NCBI RefSeq assembly: GCF_018609725.1
Contig: NZ_JAHENT010000161.1
Coordinates: 18,860-82,859, forward strand
DNA from: Methanohalobium sp.
Lineage (GTDB): Archaea > Halobacteriota > Methanosarcinia > Methanosarcinales > Methanosarcinaceae
DNA: 64,000 nt
Direction: 5' to 3'
The position numbers and the translations under genes were made by a program. Of this stretch, positions 9,697-19,527 are shown piece after piece (positions within the stretch are counted from its first letter, which is position 1; every line of letters begins with the position of its first letter). Under the pieces are notes generated by a model, which ran no database searches, had not been told where the DNA came from, and saw only the letters and a program-made list of their open reading frames with translations.

Positions 9697-10542
9697 TTAA
9701 TCTTTATTTTTGTTCTCCAAATCCTTATTTTTATCTTCCTGTTCTTCATCCAGTATGCGTTTGACATCATACTGTGCATAATTTATCAGATTCTCCATTT
9801 GCATATCATCGATTTCACTATCGGTTTTTTTAAGTTCCATAATGGAATACTGGAGTGCAGCCACGAGAATAAACATTATGAATGCCGCTCCAAATGCAAG
9901 TATCGACCGTTCAATTGGATAAACAGTAACACTTGACTCAAATAACCTTACAGGCAAATCCATTACCAGTAGTGCAGTGATATTACCTGACATATGGTCA
10001 GTTAATATTGCCATGAGTGAGCCCATAAACAACAGTACAAACGTGTATACACTTACATGCATTAGCTTATGATGATATCGTTTATAGAATATAATGAATG
10101 CAAAAAGAACCAATATATGAAACCATGGTAAATAGAAAACTTCTCGACCTGTGTCAAAAAAATACCACAATACAATCAGAGATGAAAAAATATACAGTGC
10201 CGGTTTTTCTTTTTTTGTAATTATAAGTCCGGAAACAACCGAAGATAACATGACAAATACAGGAGTTGCAAAATGAAATAAATTAGCACTAATATGGCTG
10301 GTATTGGTTATAACATGTGTCATAATACCAAAAAACGATACAATTGGTCCAATATAAGGTCCAAGAAGCATACCGTTTAAAGGACCAAAAGCCGCGACTG
10401 AACTAATATTAACTCCTTCTATCCCCTGCAAGTGAAAATCCGGAAGCCAGCTTGCAAAATATGTAAGGATAAATGCCAATGTTATATAGATTAATTTCAA
10501 TTTTCTTTTTTTAAGCAGTTGATAATGGTATTGTATAGACAC
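9697..10542 (-). CDS. Hypothetical multi-pass membrane protein with acidic C-terminal tail
   Basis: 281-aa ORF with about 7-8 hydrophobic segments; no family recognised with confidence. Confidence 0.75.
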   Translation of the reverse strand: MSIQYHYQLLKKRKLKLIYITLAFILTYFASWLPDFHLQGIEGVNISSVAAFGPLNGMLLGPYIGPIVSFFGIMTHVITNTSHISANLFHFATPVFVMLSSVVSGLIITKKEKPALYIFSSLIVLWYFFDTGREVFYLPWFHILVLFAFIIFYKRYHHKLMHVSVYTFVLLFMGSLMAILTDHMSGNITALLVMDLPVRLFESSVTVYPIERSILAFGAAFIMFILVAALQYSIMELKKTDSEIDDMQMENLINYAQYDVKRILDEEQEDKNKDLENKNKD

Positions 10543-10741
10543 GATATCAATCTTGAAACTTATATATTTATATAATTTGGCATTAATTATTAGTTTTTAC
10601 AGAATTATTTTCACTATATATTGTCGCTATTTTACTCCAAAGAGAATAATCTTTAAATAGTATCGTGTATATACAAAAAATTGTATTGTATAAATTTTTT
10701 ATGCAATATAAAAAAACCACTGATTAATAGTAAGGGATATT

Positions 10742-11176
10742 ATGAAAATTCGAGTCGTAAGTTCAAAAGAAGAAATCGAAAACGTAGATGAAAGCGAAGA
10801 AATAGTACACATGGCTTTCAGACCATCCAATACTGATATTTTTTCACTGGTAATGAGATGTCCAAATCTTAAAGCACTGCATATTCCAAGTTCGTACAAG
10901 CGGACCATTTCAAGCTCTGCCAAGATGTTTCTTGAGATGCAGGGAATCTCATTATTGGAAGGTGACGTTTGGGGACACAGAAAAGACATCAACGAATATT
11001 CTGAAGTATCCAGAAATGTATACAACAGAATAAAGGATTTAAGAGAAAGTGGTCTCTCAGACGAAGAAATAGTTGATAAAATGGTCAGAGAAACTAGACT
11101 AAGCACCGATTTCATCCAGTTCCTTATGAAACAGCAGGAGTCACAGGACACTCAAAAAGCTGCTTCTACAAAGTGA
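10742..11176 (+). CDS. DUF1699 family protein
   Basis: MKIRVVSS..HMAFRPSNTD..LLEGDVWGHRKDINEY; TGA stop supplied by IS right end. Confidence 0.85.
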   Translation: MKIRVVSSKEEIENVDESEEIVHMAFRPSNTDIFSLVMRCPNLKALHIPSSYKRTISSSAKMFLEMQGISLLEGDVWGHRKDINEYSEVSRNVYNRIKDLRESGLSDEEIVDKMVRETRLSTDFIQFLMKQQESQDTQKAASTK

Positions 11177-11750
11177 ATTGCTCCTCCCTTTTGGGAGGAG
11201 CTTCCTGTTTCATAGTTTGTTCTAACAAACACAACTCCACAGGCTCTACCCCTCATCTCGAAGGTGACTTGATGCCTATTAGATTCTGTCTATCCAGTGC
11301 AAACTTTTTAATGTTAACTGATGCATTGATGTCTCTATCATGTGTCGTTTTGCAGCCAGGACATTCCCATTCTCTGTCTCTAAGTTCCAAATCCTTATTA
11401 TAATATCCACATACATGACAGATTTTGCTTGAAGGGTCGAATTTCCCTATAATGATAATGTTTTTACCATACCATTTTGCTTTATACTCTAATTTCTGTA
11501 CAAAACTACTCCATGAAGCATCAGTTATATGCTGTGCTAGATTATGATTTTTCAGCATTCCTTTAACATTCAAAGTTTCCAGACAGACAGCTTGGTTCTC
11601 GCTTATCAATCTGGAACTTAACTTATGCTGGAAATCTTCTCTATGGTTGCTAATCTTCTCATGGTATTGAGCTATCTGTTGTTTCAGTTTTTTGTAATTA
11701 TTAGAACTTTTCTTTTTTCTGCTGAGTCCAATCCTTAAATGATTGGACAT
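11173..11750 (-). pseudogene. tnpB: 5'-truncated IS605-family tnpB remnant with right end
   Basis: RuvC-II (CLETLNVKGM), zinc finger ([15 protein letters not shown]), RuvC-III (HDRDINAS); hairpin GCTCCTCCCAAAAGGGAGGAGC then TTCAC; N-terminal half missing. Confidence 0.9.
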
Positions 11751-11759
11751 TAACTGTTT

Positions 11760-12185
11760 TTATTCGCCATAAATCTGGAGTATAAGTTCTCTATATCTCG
11801 GTCTGTTGTCCAGATTTATCAATACAATCTGTTGCCACGGACCGTTAGCCAGTTCGCTGTTAATTATTGGAAATGTTTCACTCTGACCTAATAAAGAAGC
11901 ACGAACATGAGAAAATCCGTTGCCATCGTGCCATTTATTATCATGCTGATATTCAACATCACTTGGTGCTATTTTTTCCAGTACACTGGTCAAATCAGAT
12001 GTCAACCCCGGTTCATATTCCATACTGGTTACTGCCGCTGTAGAACCAGGTACAAAAACTGTCACAAATCCGTTTTTAATTCCTGAATTGTCGATTACAT
12101 TGGATACGTCCGAAGTGATGTTTACTATATCTATATTGGCTTCTGTTTCGTATTTTAGACGTCTTGTCAGTACACTCATAACCAA
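11760..12185 (-). CDS. YjbQ/UPF0047 family protein
   Basis: FVPGSTAAVT..E, HD......NG.SH.RASLLG, GPWQQI. Confidence 0.9.
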   Translation of the reverse strand: MVMSVLTRRLKYETEANIDIVNITSDVSNVIDNSGIKNGFVTVFVPGSTAAVTSMEYEPGLTSDLTSVLEKIAPSDVEYQHDNKWHDGNGFSHVRASLLGQSETFPIINSELANGPWQQIVLINLDNRPRYRELILQIYGE

Positions 12186-12201
12186 TCAACCCTTTAGAGC
12201 A

Positions 12202-12387
12202 TTATTCTCCATAATCGACTTTCACAAGTTTCAGTCCCAACACCGTAGAAAGCAATACAAATACCAAAAATGATACAATATAACCTTCTGGTGTTAGTCC
12301 TGTCTCCTCTACCAGTATCAATAAAATTATTAAGATTACTACTGAACCTATCGCTGAAAGAATTTCAAAGCTTTTTTTATTCATCAA
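12202..12387 (-). CDS. Small two-TM membrane protein
   Basis: 61 aa, two hydrophobic helices, co-oriented with yjbQ. Confidence 0.65.
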   Translation of the reverse strand: MMNKKSFEILSAIGSVVILIILLILVEETGLTPEGYIVSFLVFVLLSTVLGLKLVKVDYGE

Positions 12388-12496
12388 TTATCAGATGAAA
12401 TATATTATACATCAAGTTAACGCAAATTTAAAAAGAATACAATGTTTATAGTAATGCAGGAATTAATATAAGAAAAACAGATATTCTGGTTTATCC

Positions 12497-12988
12497 ATGA
12501 CAGAATTTGAAAGAGTACTTGTACAATCATTCAACATATTTTTTGAGCAAAACGGTATTAAAGGTATTGCACATCGACTCAAGCAGCATAGATTCGCCCA
12601 GCAATTTCTGGATGTACTTGTAGATTCACTCGACCCTGATTATTATCTGGGTATAGAATGCAAAAGCATATCAGTTGATAAAGGAGCAAATGCCCTTTAC
12701 TTCACCCAGCATTTCACAACGGACAAAAACAACATGCATCAAATAAATCGTATATCGGATTTTTTGAATAAATCAGGCAGGACTGGATTCCTTGCTGTAG
12801 AACTCAGGATGGGTTCAGGATGTTCCAGAAAAGCTCATATCATTCCGTGGACAGAACTTGTTGAACGCTTTCATAACGGTGAATCTAAGTATACAGTTTC
12901 TGAAATACAGGCTTTTCCAGAAATCGAAAGAGATGGAAGCGGATATGTAATAGACCCCAATAAGTGGATATTGGGAAGTAGAATTTAA
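12497..12988 (+). CDS. PD-(D/E)xK nuclease-fold protein, Holliday-junction-resolvase-like
   Basis: EFE...LDVLV...IECKS...HQI pattern. Confidence 0.6.
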   Translation: MTEFERVLVQSFNIFFEQNGIKGIAHRLKQHRFAQQFLDVLVDSLDPDYYLGIECKSISVDKGANALYFTQHFTTDKNNMHQINRISDFLNKSGRTGFLAVELRMGSGCSRKAHIIPWTELVERFHNGESKYTVSEIQAFPEIERDGSGYVIDPNKWILGSRI

Positions 12989-13007
12989 ACAGAGGTCAGA
13001 TACAAAG

Positions 13008-14435
13008 ATGGATTACAATCAGGTAATGCAGGAAATGCGAAATCATGCTGTTAAGTGTGTAGAAGAAATAACAAAATACGACACAGTACATGTAGTATCC
13101 CATATAGATGCAGATGGTCTGACATCTGCAGGAATCATCTGTAAAGCTCTTCAACGCAGAGGTATTAATTATTCCACTCGTTTTTTGAAACAGCTGGATG
13201 AAAGTGCCATAGAAGATATCTCCAGTGAAAACCATGAACTTGTTATATTTACAGACCTTGGCAGTGGTATGATTGAAGAAATAAAGTCAGCAGGTATTAA
13301 TGCTATGATATCAGACCACCATCAACCCAAAGGTGACACAAAGATACTACAAACCCACCTCAACCCACACCTTTTTGGAGTAAATGGTTCATCAGAACTT
13401 AGCGGTTCAGGTACAACCTACATTCTTGCATCAGTCCTTGGCGACAATAATGACCTTGCGGACCTTGCTATTGTTGGTGCTACCGGTGATTTTCAACATT
13501 CTAAAAAAGGGTATCTTACAGGTATTAACCGTTTGATACTACAGGAAGGTGCTGAAAACGGTGTATTGCATTACAAAAAGGATTTAACACTTTTTGGAAA
13601 ACAGACCCGACCTGTTTTCAAATTGCTCCAGTTTTCATCCGACCCATTCCTTCCTGAACTTACAGGCGATGAAGATGCATGTATAGAATTTTTACACAAC
13701 CTTGGCATCCGATTCAGAGGTGATGAACGCTGGAGAAGATGGATTGATTGTACACAGGATGAAAAACAACATATAGTTTCTGCACTTATGCAACATTGTG
13801 TAAGGTCAGGTGTCCCGTCCTACAAAATAGAAAGGCTTGTGTCTGAAGTATATGTCCTTTTAAAAGAACAGGAAGGGACAGAAATGCGTGATTGTTCTGA
13901 ATTTTCCACTCTTCTTAACGCAACTGCACGATATGACCATGCTGATATAGGTCTTGCTGTCTGTATAGGTGATCGTGGTGAAGCCTATGAAAAAGCCAGC
14001 AAACTATTAAGTGAACACAGACAAAATCTTGTCAATGGGTTAATGTTTGTTAAGGAGAACGGTGTTACAAAACTCAACAACCTGCAATATTTTGATTCAG
14101 GGTCAAGTATAAAAGAAACAATAGTAGGCATCATTGCTGGTATGAGTACAACTGTTGTCGGTGACCGATCCTACCCTATAATTGGTTTTGCAGATACTGA
14201 TGATGGTGTAAAAGTATCGGCAAGAGGAACACAAGACCTTTTAAGACAGGGACTTAACCTTTCAGAAGCCATATCCAAAACCTGCGAAGAAGTAGGTGGT
14301 GTAGGAGGAGGTCATGATATAGCATCCGGTGCTACAATACCGCATGAAGTAAAAGAAGAGTTCATATATAAACTGGACGAAATTATTGGTTCACAGATAG
14401 GAAGATATAAGAAAAACAGCAACCAATCGGTGTGA
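13008..14435 (+). CDS. RecJ-like DHH/DHHA1 phosphoesterase
   Basis: SHIDADGLTS, TDLGSG, SDHHQP, GGGHDIASGA. Confidence 0.92.
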   Translation: MDYNQVMQEMRNHAVKCVEEITKYDTVHVVSHIDADGLTSAGIICKALQRRGINYSTRFLKQLDESAIEDISSENHELVIFTDLGSGMIEEIKSAGINAMISDHHQPKGDTKILQTHLNPHLFGVNGSSELSGSGTTYILASVLGDNNDLADLAIVGATGDFQHSKKGYLTGINRLILQEGAENGVLHYKKDLTLFGKQTRPVFKLLQFSSDPFLPELTGDEDACIEFLHNLGIRFRGDERWRRWIDCTQDEKQHIVSALMQHCVRSGVPSYKIERLVSEVYVLLKEQEGTEMRDCSEFSTLLNATARYDHADIGLAVCIGDRGEAYEKASKLLSEHRQNLVNGLMFVKENGVTKLNNLQYFDSGSSIKETIVGIIAGMSTTVVGDRSYPIIGFADTDDGVKVSARGTQDLLRQGLNLSEAISKTCEEVGGVGGGHDIASGATIPHEVKEEFIYKLDEIIGSQIGRYKKNSNQSV

Positions 14436-14529
14436 AAGTAACCGGATTTTTTAAATAAGCAGGAACAAAAGGTTTAATGCCAATAATTTCTAATTTTTAT
14501 ATTTAAAATATACTAATGTAGCGTTTTCT

Positions 14530-15066
14530 ATGGACGAATATAGCGACATCAATAAAATAAAGAATTTTTTCATGTTTGCTGGTAAAGAACAATACCTTAT
14601 CAAAGAATTAGGTTTGCCGGAAGAAGCCATACTTCCACTAATGCTATCTTTAAAATCGGGTGGTTCATGGAGCTATTCTACTGATACACTATCAGTTATG
14701 TCTATAAAAAACCCCTCAACACAATACGATGAAAATAAAGGCACAGGGTATACATTAGAGGAAATCTACCTGTTTTTAAACCCTGAAATTATAAATAAAC
14801 AGGGAAGCGTTTATCGGCTTGAAAAATGCAGTAAACGTGGTGAGCGAGTACTTGTAGAACGTCCCTACAGAATAACTGTTAAAGGTGAAAGGATCATACT
14901 GGCACAGGTAAATCCGGAAAAAAAGAAAATTGAGATTTCTGAACCTGAATACAAATCCATTATTTTCACGGGCTCTCCTGCATACAGTGCAGCACATGAA
15001 ATAGAACATCTAACAACAGAAGAAATAAATGGAGAACCTATCTGGAATTTTGAATTATCAAAATAA
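14530..15066 (+). CDS. Hypothetical protein with peptide-deformylase-like motifs
   Basis: LEKCS..VERPYRITV and AAHEIEHL resemble deformylase motifs EGCLS and HExxH. Confidence 0.6.
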   Translation: MDEYSDINKIKNFFMFAGKEQYLIKELGLPEEAILPLMLSLKSGGSWSYSTDTLSVMSIKNPSTQYDENKGTGYTLEEIYLFLNPEIINKQGSVYRLEKCSKRGERVLVERPYRITVKGERIILAQVNPEKKKIEISEPEYKSIIFTGSPAYSAAHEIEHLTTEEINGEPIWNFELSK

Positions 15067-15084
15067 CAATAATTCGGGTTATAA

Positions 15085-15864
15085 ATGAGAGATGATTATA
15101 CAAAAACCTATCCTGTAACGAAAGTGGATAGAAAAAAAACGGCAACATGTACCAGTTTTTCAGTTGCCAGAGAAGAAAATGTTGAGTTGTATATTAACGG
15201 GTCAAAAATAGCCTCAATTCTCACCTCTCCTGTAGATATAAAAGAACTTGCAGTGGGTTATGTGATATGTGAGGGTATTGCTGATTTTGCAGATATAAAC
15301 AGAATCTATGAAAATAAGAACAGAATTGACCTTGAGATTTTGGATATGGACTGCAAAAGTTTGTCATATGAATTGCGGTCATCCGGATATATGGGTATCA
15401 GTGCAAAAGATTATCCGACAAAAATAGAATCCAATGTGATTTTTGAACCAGAATACATTTTTTCATCTCAAAAATTTCTTGAATCCGGTGTATATCGTCT
15501 GACAAAAGGCACCCACCTTGCTGCACTTATTAATCAAAACGGTGAACTTGTAACACAAGCAGTGGATATAGGCAGACATAATGCAATTGATAAAGTAATA
15601 GGCTATTCCAAACTTGCAGGACTGGATGTTTCCAGTTTGTATCTTCTCTCGACTGGCAGACAATCTAATGGAATGGTGTTGAAGTGTTCAAGATCAGGAG
15701 TACCGTTGTTGGTTACAAAAAGCGCACCTTTTGACAGTGGAATTGAAACCGCCAAAAAAACAGGATTGTGCCTTGTAGGCTTTGCCTCTGAATCCAAGAT
15801 GTATATTTTTGCCAACCCAGAACGTGTTAACCTGGATGATAATACTGATAAAAATAAAAATTAA
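15085..15864 (+). CDS. fdhD: Formate dehydrogenase accessory sulfurtransferase
   Basis: KELAVGY..CEG, THLAAL, DIGRHNAIDKVIG, LSTGR, SAP. Confidence 0.9.
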   Translation: MRDDYTKTYPVTKVDRKKTATCTSFSVAREENVELYINGSKIASILTSPVDIKELAVGYVICEGIADFADINRIYENKNRIDLEILDMDCKSLSYELRSSGYMGISAKDYPTKIESNVIFEPEYIFSSQKFLESGVYRLTKGTHLAALINQNGELVTQAVDIGRHNAIDKVIGYSKLAGLDVSSLYLLSTGRQSNGMVLKCSRSGVPLLVTKSAPFDSGIETAKKTGLCLVGFASESKMYIFANPERVNLDDNTDKNKN

Positions 15865-15914
15865 TATAATAAAACAAGTAATTTTTAAATGATAAATAAA
15901 CAGGAGATGCCCAT

Positions 15915-17030
15915 TTGAGTAAAGATATACTTTTGTGGGATGAAACGTTGTTCAAAAACGCTGAAGTCCTTGAAATCGACCACATTCCTGAACATTTTGC
16001 CTATCGGGACAACCAACTTCAGGCAATCAAATACAGCTTAAAACCTGTTATAAATGGTACGAATCCAATCAATTGTCTAATAAGTGGACCCCCGGGAACG
16101 GGTAAAACCACCGCTGTAATGAAAATATATAACGAAATACAGGAATATGTTGATGATGTTATCTTTTTAAAGGTTAACTGCCAGATTGATTCCACACGCT
16201 TTGCTGTGATATCAAGAATTTATAAACAGGTAACAGGAGTCACACCTCCAACTTCCGGTGTTTCTTTCAGGTCACTTTTTGATAAAACAATGGAAAGTCT
16301 TGTAGAAAATGATAGTCGCCTTGTATTAACTCTTGATGATATTAATTACCTTTTCTATGAAAACCATGCTGATGAAGTTATGTATTCACTGCTTAGAGCA
16401 CATGAACACTATCCTGGTGTAAAAATAGGTGTTATTGCAGTGGTCAGTGATACAGGGGCTTTCTATCAGTTCGATACAAAAGTGACTTCTGTATTCCTTC
16501 CAGAAGAAATTGAGTTTCCCAGATATGAATACAGTGAATTGCAGGGCATTATAGATGACAGAATCAAAAATGCATTTTACCCCGATGTAATACCTGCAGA
16601 GGTAAGAGACCATATTGTGCAGTATGTGGACAACCTCGGAGACCTGCGTATAGGCATTGACCTTCTCAAAAGAGCAGGTTTGAATGCTGAAAAACGTGCA
16701 AGCAGATTTGTAACCAGAGATGATGTTGATAATGCATATGAATCATCCAAATTACTGCATATCTGCCGCAGTATAAGGTCACTTAATTCCAATGAAAAAA
16801 ACCTTCTCAGGCTAATAGTGGATAACAATAATATATATGCTGGAAATCTTTATAAATCGTTCCATGAAGCAACCGAACATGGATACACCTACTTTTATAA
16901 ACTGATAAACAGGTTATACGCAGCCCGGCACATAGACGTGGAATTTTCAGGACAGGGCAAAAGAGGCAGGTCACGGCTTATTAAACTCAAAACCAGTCCC
17001 AGTGATATTTTAAAGTGTCTTGAAAAATAA
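15915..17030 (+). CDS. cdc6: Orc1/Cdc6 replication initiation protein
   Basis: GPPGTGKTT Walker A, TLDDI, GDLRIGIDLL, C-terminal winged helix. Confidence 0.92.
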   Translation: MSKDILLWDETLFKNAEVLEIDHIPEHFAYRDNQLQAIKYSLKPVINGTNPINCLISGPPGTGKTTAVMKIYNEIQEYVDDVIFLKVNCQIDSTRFAVISRIYKQVTGVTPPTSGVSFRSLFDKTMESLVENDSRLVLTLDDINYLFYENHADEVMYSLLRAHEHYPGVKIGVIAVVSDTGAFYQFDTKVTSVFLPEEIEFPRYEYSELQGIIDDRIKNAFYPDVIPAEVRDHIVQYVDNLGDLRIGIDLLKRAGLNAEKRASRFVTRDDVDNAYESSKLLHICRSIRSLNSNEKNLLRLIVDNNNIYAGNLYKSFHEATEHGYTYFYKLINRLYAARHIDVEFSGQGKRGRSRLIKLKTSPSDILKCLEK

Positions 17031-17072
17031 AGAAAAATAGAGCAGTTGTTAGAAACTGCGTATCTAATTTAT

Positions 17073-18728
17073 TTACATCTGGGGCATTCCGCCCATTCCA
17101 CCGGCTCCACCACCGGCGGCTTCTGAGCCACCGCCACTGGATGCTATTACATCATCGATTCTAAGAATCATTACTGCAGCTTCTGCAGCGGCATTGATTG
17201 CCTGTGTTTTGACTCTAAGGGGTTCAAATACACTTTTATCCCACATGTTTATAACGTCCCCACTGTAGACATCAAGCCCAGCATTGACTTCTCCTTTTTC
17301 GTGATGGGCTCTCAAATCCATCAGAGTGTCAATCGGGTCAAGCCCTGCGTTTTCTGCCAGTGTCCTTGGTACCACTTCAATTGCTTCTGCAAATGCCTTG
17401 ACTGACAACTGTTCTCTACCACTAAGACTTGTTGAATAATCATGGAGTTTAAAGGCGAGTTCTACTTCAGGTGATCCTCCACCTGCCACCAGTTTTTCGT
17501 CTTCGATTGCAACTCCTACAACACGCAGTGCATCATGAAGTGCTCTTTCGATGTTATCGACTACATGTTCTGTTCCGCCGCGTAGTAGGATGGATACAGC
17601 TTTTGGATTGTCACATCCTGTGATGAAAGTCATTTCGTCGCCGCCGACTTTCTTCTCCTCTACGAATTCAGCTTTACCAAGGTCATTTTCAGATATTTCC
17701 TCGAGGTTTGTTATCAGTCTACTACCGGTTGCGAGAGCAAGTTTTTCCATATCGCTCTTTTTGACACGCCTTACAGCATAGATACCGGCTTTTGCAAGGA
17801 AATGCTGTGCCATATCATCGATGCCTTTCTGACAGAATACAACATTTGCTCCACTATCGATAACCTTCTGCACCATGTCACGTATCATCTTTTCTTCTTG
17901 GTCAAGGAAGGACTGGAGCTGGTCTGGAGAAGTGATGGAAATCTCGGTTTCAGTTTCGGCTTCTTTGAGTTCGATTGCTTCATTGATAAGAGCGATTTTT
18001 GCACCTTCAACTTTCTTTGGCATGTTGGAATGTACACGCTCTTTATCGATGAGCATTCCCTGTATCAGTTCAGAATCGTCTATACGACCTCCAACTTTCT
18101 TTTCAACCTTGATATTGTCCATATCAACGTTTTTACCGTCGCCTTCTTCAACAACGTTGGTCGCTGCATCTACAACGATTTCTGCAAGTTCACTTTTGGA
18201 TGCTTCAGCGCCTTTACCTGTCATTGCGGTTTCTGCGATTTTAAGAAGCTGATCTCTGTCAGAAATAGTAATGTCACTTGCAATTGAATTTAAAATTTCA
18301 CCGGCTTTTTCTGCCGCCATGCGGTATCCTGATGCGATGATTGTGGGATGTATATCCTGTTCAATCATTTCTTCCGCTTTTTTAAGTAATTCTCCTGCAA
18401 GAACTGCAGCAGTTGTGGTACCGTCACCGACTTCATCATCCTGTGTCTTAGCTACTTCCACAATCATTTTGGCGGCAGGATGCTCGATATCCATTTCTCT
18501 AAGGATGGTAGCCCCATCGTTTGTTATCACTACATCACCCATAGAATCAACAAGCATCTTGTCCATTCCTTTTGGACCGAGTGTAGTCCTTACAGCGTTT
18601 GCAACTGCTTTACCTGCCATTATATTGTTGCTCTGTGCTTCTCTCCCACGGGTTCTCTGGGTGCCCTCTCTTAAAATGAAAATTGGTTGACCTGATGATT
18701 GCCCGCCGTATTGCATTTGACCTGCCAT
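17073..18728 (-). CDS. Thermosome subunit (group II chaperonin)
   Basis: [23 protein letters not shown]-rich C-terminus. Confidence 0.97.
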   Translation of the reverse strand: MAGQMQYGGQSSGQPIFILREGTQRTRGREAQSNNIMAGKAVANAVRTTLGPKGMDKMLVDSMGDVVITNDGATILREMDIEHPAAKMIVEVAKTQDDEVGDGTTTAAVLAGELLKKAEEMIEQDIHPTIIASGYRMAAEKAGEILNSIASDITISDRDQLLKIAETAMTGKGAEASKSELAEIVVDAATNVVEEGDGKNVDMDNIKVEKKVGGRIDDSELIQGMLIDKERVHSNMPKKVEGAKIALINEAIELKEAETETEISITSPDQLQSFLDQEEKMIRDMVQKVIDSGANVVFCQKGIDDMAQHFLAKAGIYAVRRVKKSDMEKLALATGSRLITNLEEISENDLGKAEFVEEKKVGGDEMTFITGCDNPKAVSILLRGGTEHVVDNIERALHDALRVVGVAIEDEKLVAGGGSPEVELAFKLHDYSTSLSGREQLSVKAFAEAIEVVPRTLAENAGLDPIDTLMDLRAHHEKGEVNAGLDVYSGDVINMWDKSVFEPLRVKTQAINAAAEAAVMILRIDDVIASSGGGSEAAGGGAGGMGGMPQM

Positions 18729-18906
18729 TTTATTTAGCCTCCTTTTTGTTATTGTTATCTTGATGATACTGTTATCTCAAGCTATTTTTTAGTTGTTTGA
18801 AGTTCTATATAAAACTTGTTATTTTTGTTTAAACAGCTAATTCTGGCAGACATCGCCAGTAAAACAAGAAAAAGGAAAAGTTTACAGTAAAGTCCAATTT
18901 AAAAAT

Positions 18907-19080
18907 TTACTTTACTATAGATTTTGGAGAGCGTTTTTTAAACCTGCGTTTGGTTCCATCTGAAGAGAACCTTTGAGCCGGTCCTGTATGTGTTTTATTT
19001 GATCTTGATTCTGGTACTTTTATGGTGTTTCCCTTTCTGCCTTTTACTTTGATCCAGTTGATACTTCCTGTTTTGCCCAT
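18907..19080 (-). CDS. Small basic protein, DUF5350-like (57 aa, below ORF-track cutoff)
   Basis: My translation [57 protein letters not shown]; GAGG RBS upstream. Confidence 0.75.
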   Translation of the reverse strand: MGKTGSINWIKVKGRKGNTIKVPESRSNKTHTGPAQRFSSDGTKRRFKKRSPKSIVK

Positions 19081-19207
19081 ATTTTCATCCTCATTTATGT
19101 TTAATATTTATTATTCAAAACTTTCAGATTTGTATATTCGTGCAAGATGTCATATATAGTTAAAAAGTTTGTGGGATACTCATCAACTGGTGAATAAGTA
19201 ACTATTT

Positions 19208-19490
19208 GTGAACTACCACTTGTCTAAAGACCAAGTGACTTACTATTTCATACTTTTCCCATATGAGAACAAGTCCACAGACTCTACCCCTCATCCCGAA
19301 GGTGAAATTAAATTCTGTCTATCCAGTGCGAATTTCTTAATGTTAACTGATGCGTTGATGTCTCTATCATGTATGTCTTTTTGCAGTCAGGACATTCCCA
19401 TTCTCTGTCTTTAAGTTCCAAATCCTTATTATAATATCCACATACATGACAGATTTTGCTAGATGGATCGAATCTTTATAAATAATGATA
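19208..19490 (-). pseudogene. tnpB: Second tnpB 3' fragment with right end, same family as 11173-11750
   Basis: [30 protein letters not shown](frameshift)[13 protein letters not shown]; hairpin CACTTGGTCTTTAGACAAGTG then TTCAC. Confidence 0.85.
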
Positions 19491-19527
19491 TCCCTGTTAA
19501 AATACAATACTGATAGGACTGATTATT

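Noticed and set aside
9556-9936. Track ORFs 9556..9936 and 29912..30121 as proteins
   Set aside because: They start inside the repeated element, diverge right after its end and match no family I recognise; more likely incidental frames
11749-11760. 12-nt match (AAAACAGTTAAT) to the predicted guide of cassette copy 1; AAACAGTT also occurs beside copy 2
   Set aside because: No adjacent TTAC, seed-proximal mismatch, and low-complexity AT-rich sequence; probably chance
15864-17072. Replication origin beside cdc6
   Set aside because: Flanking intergenic gaps are only ~50 and ~40 bp and I saw no repeated ORB boxes
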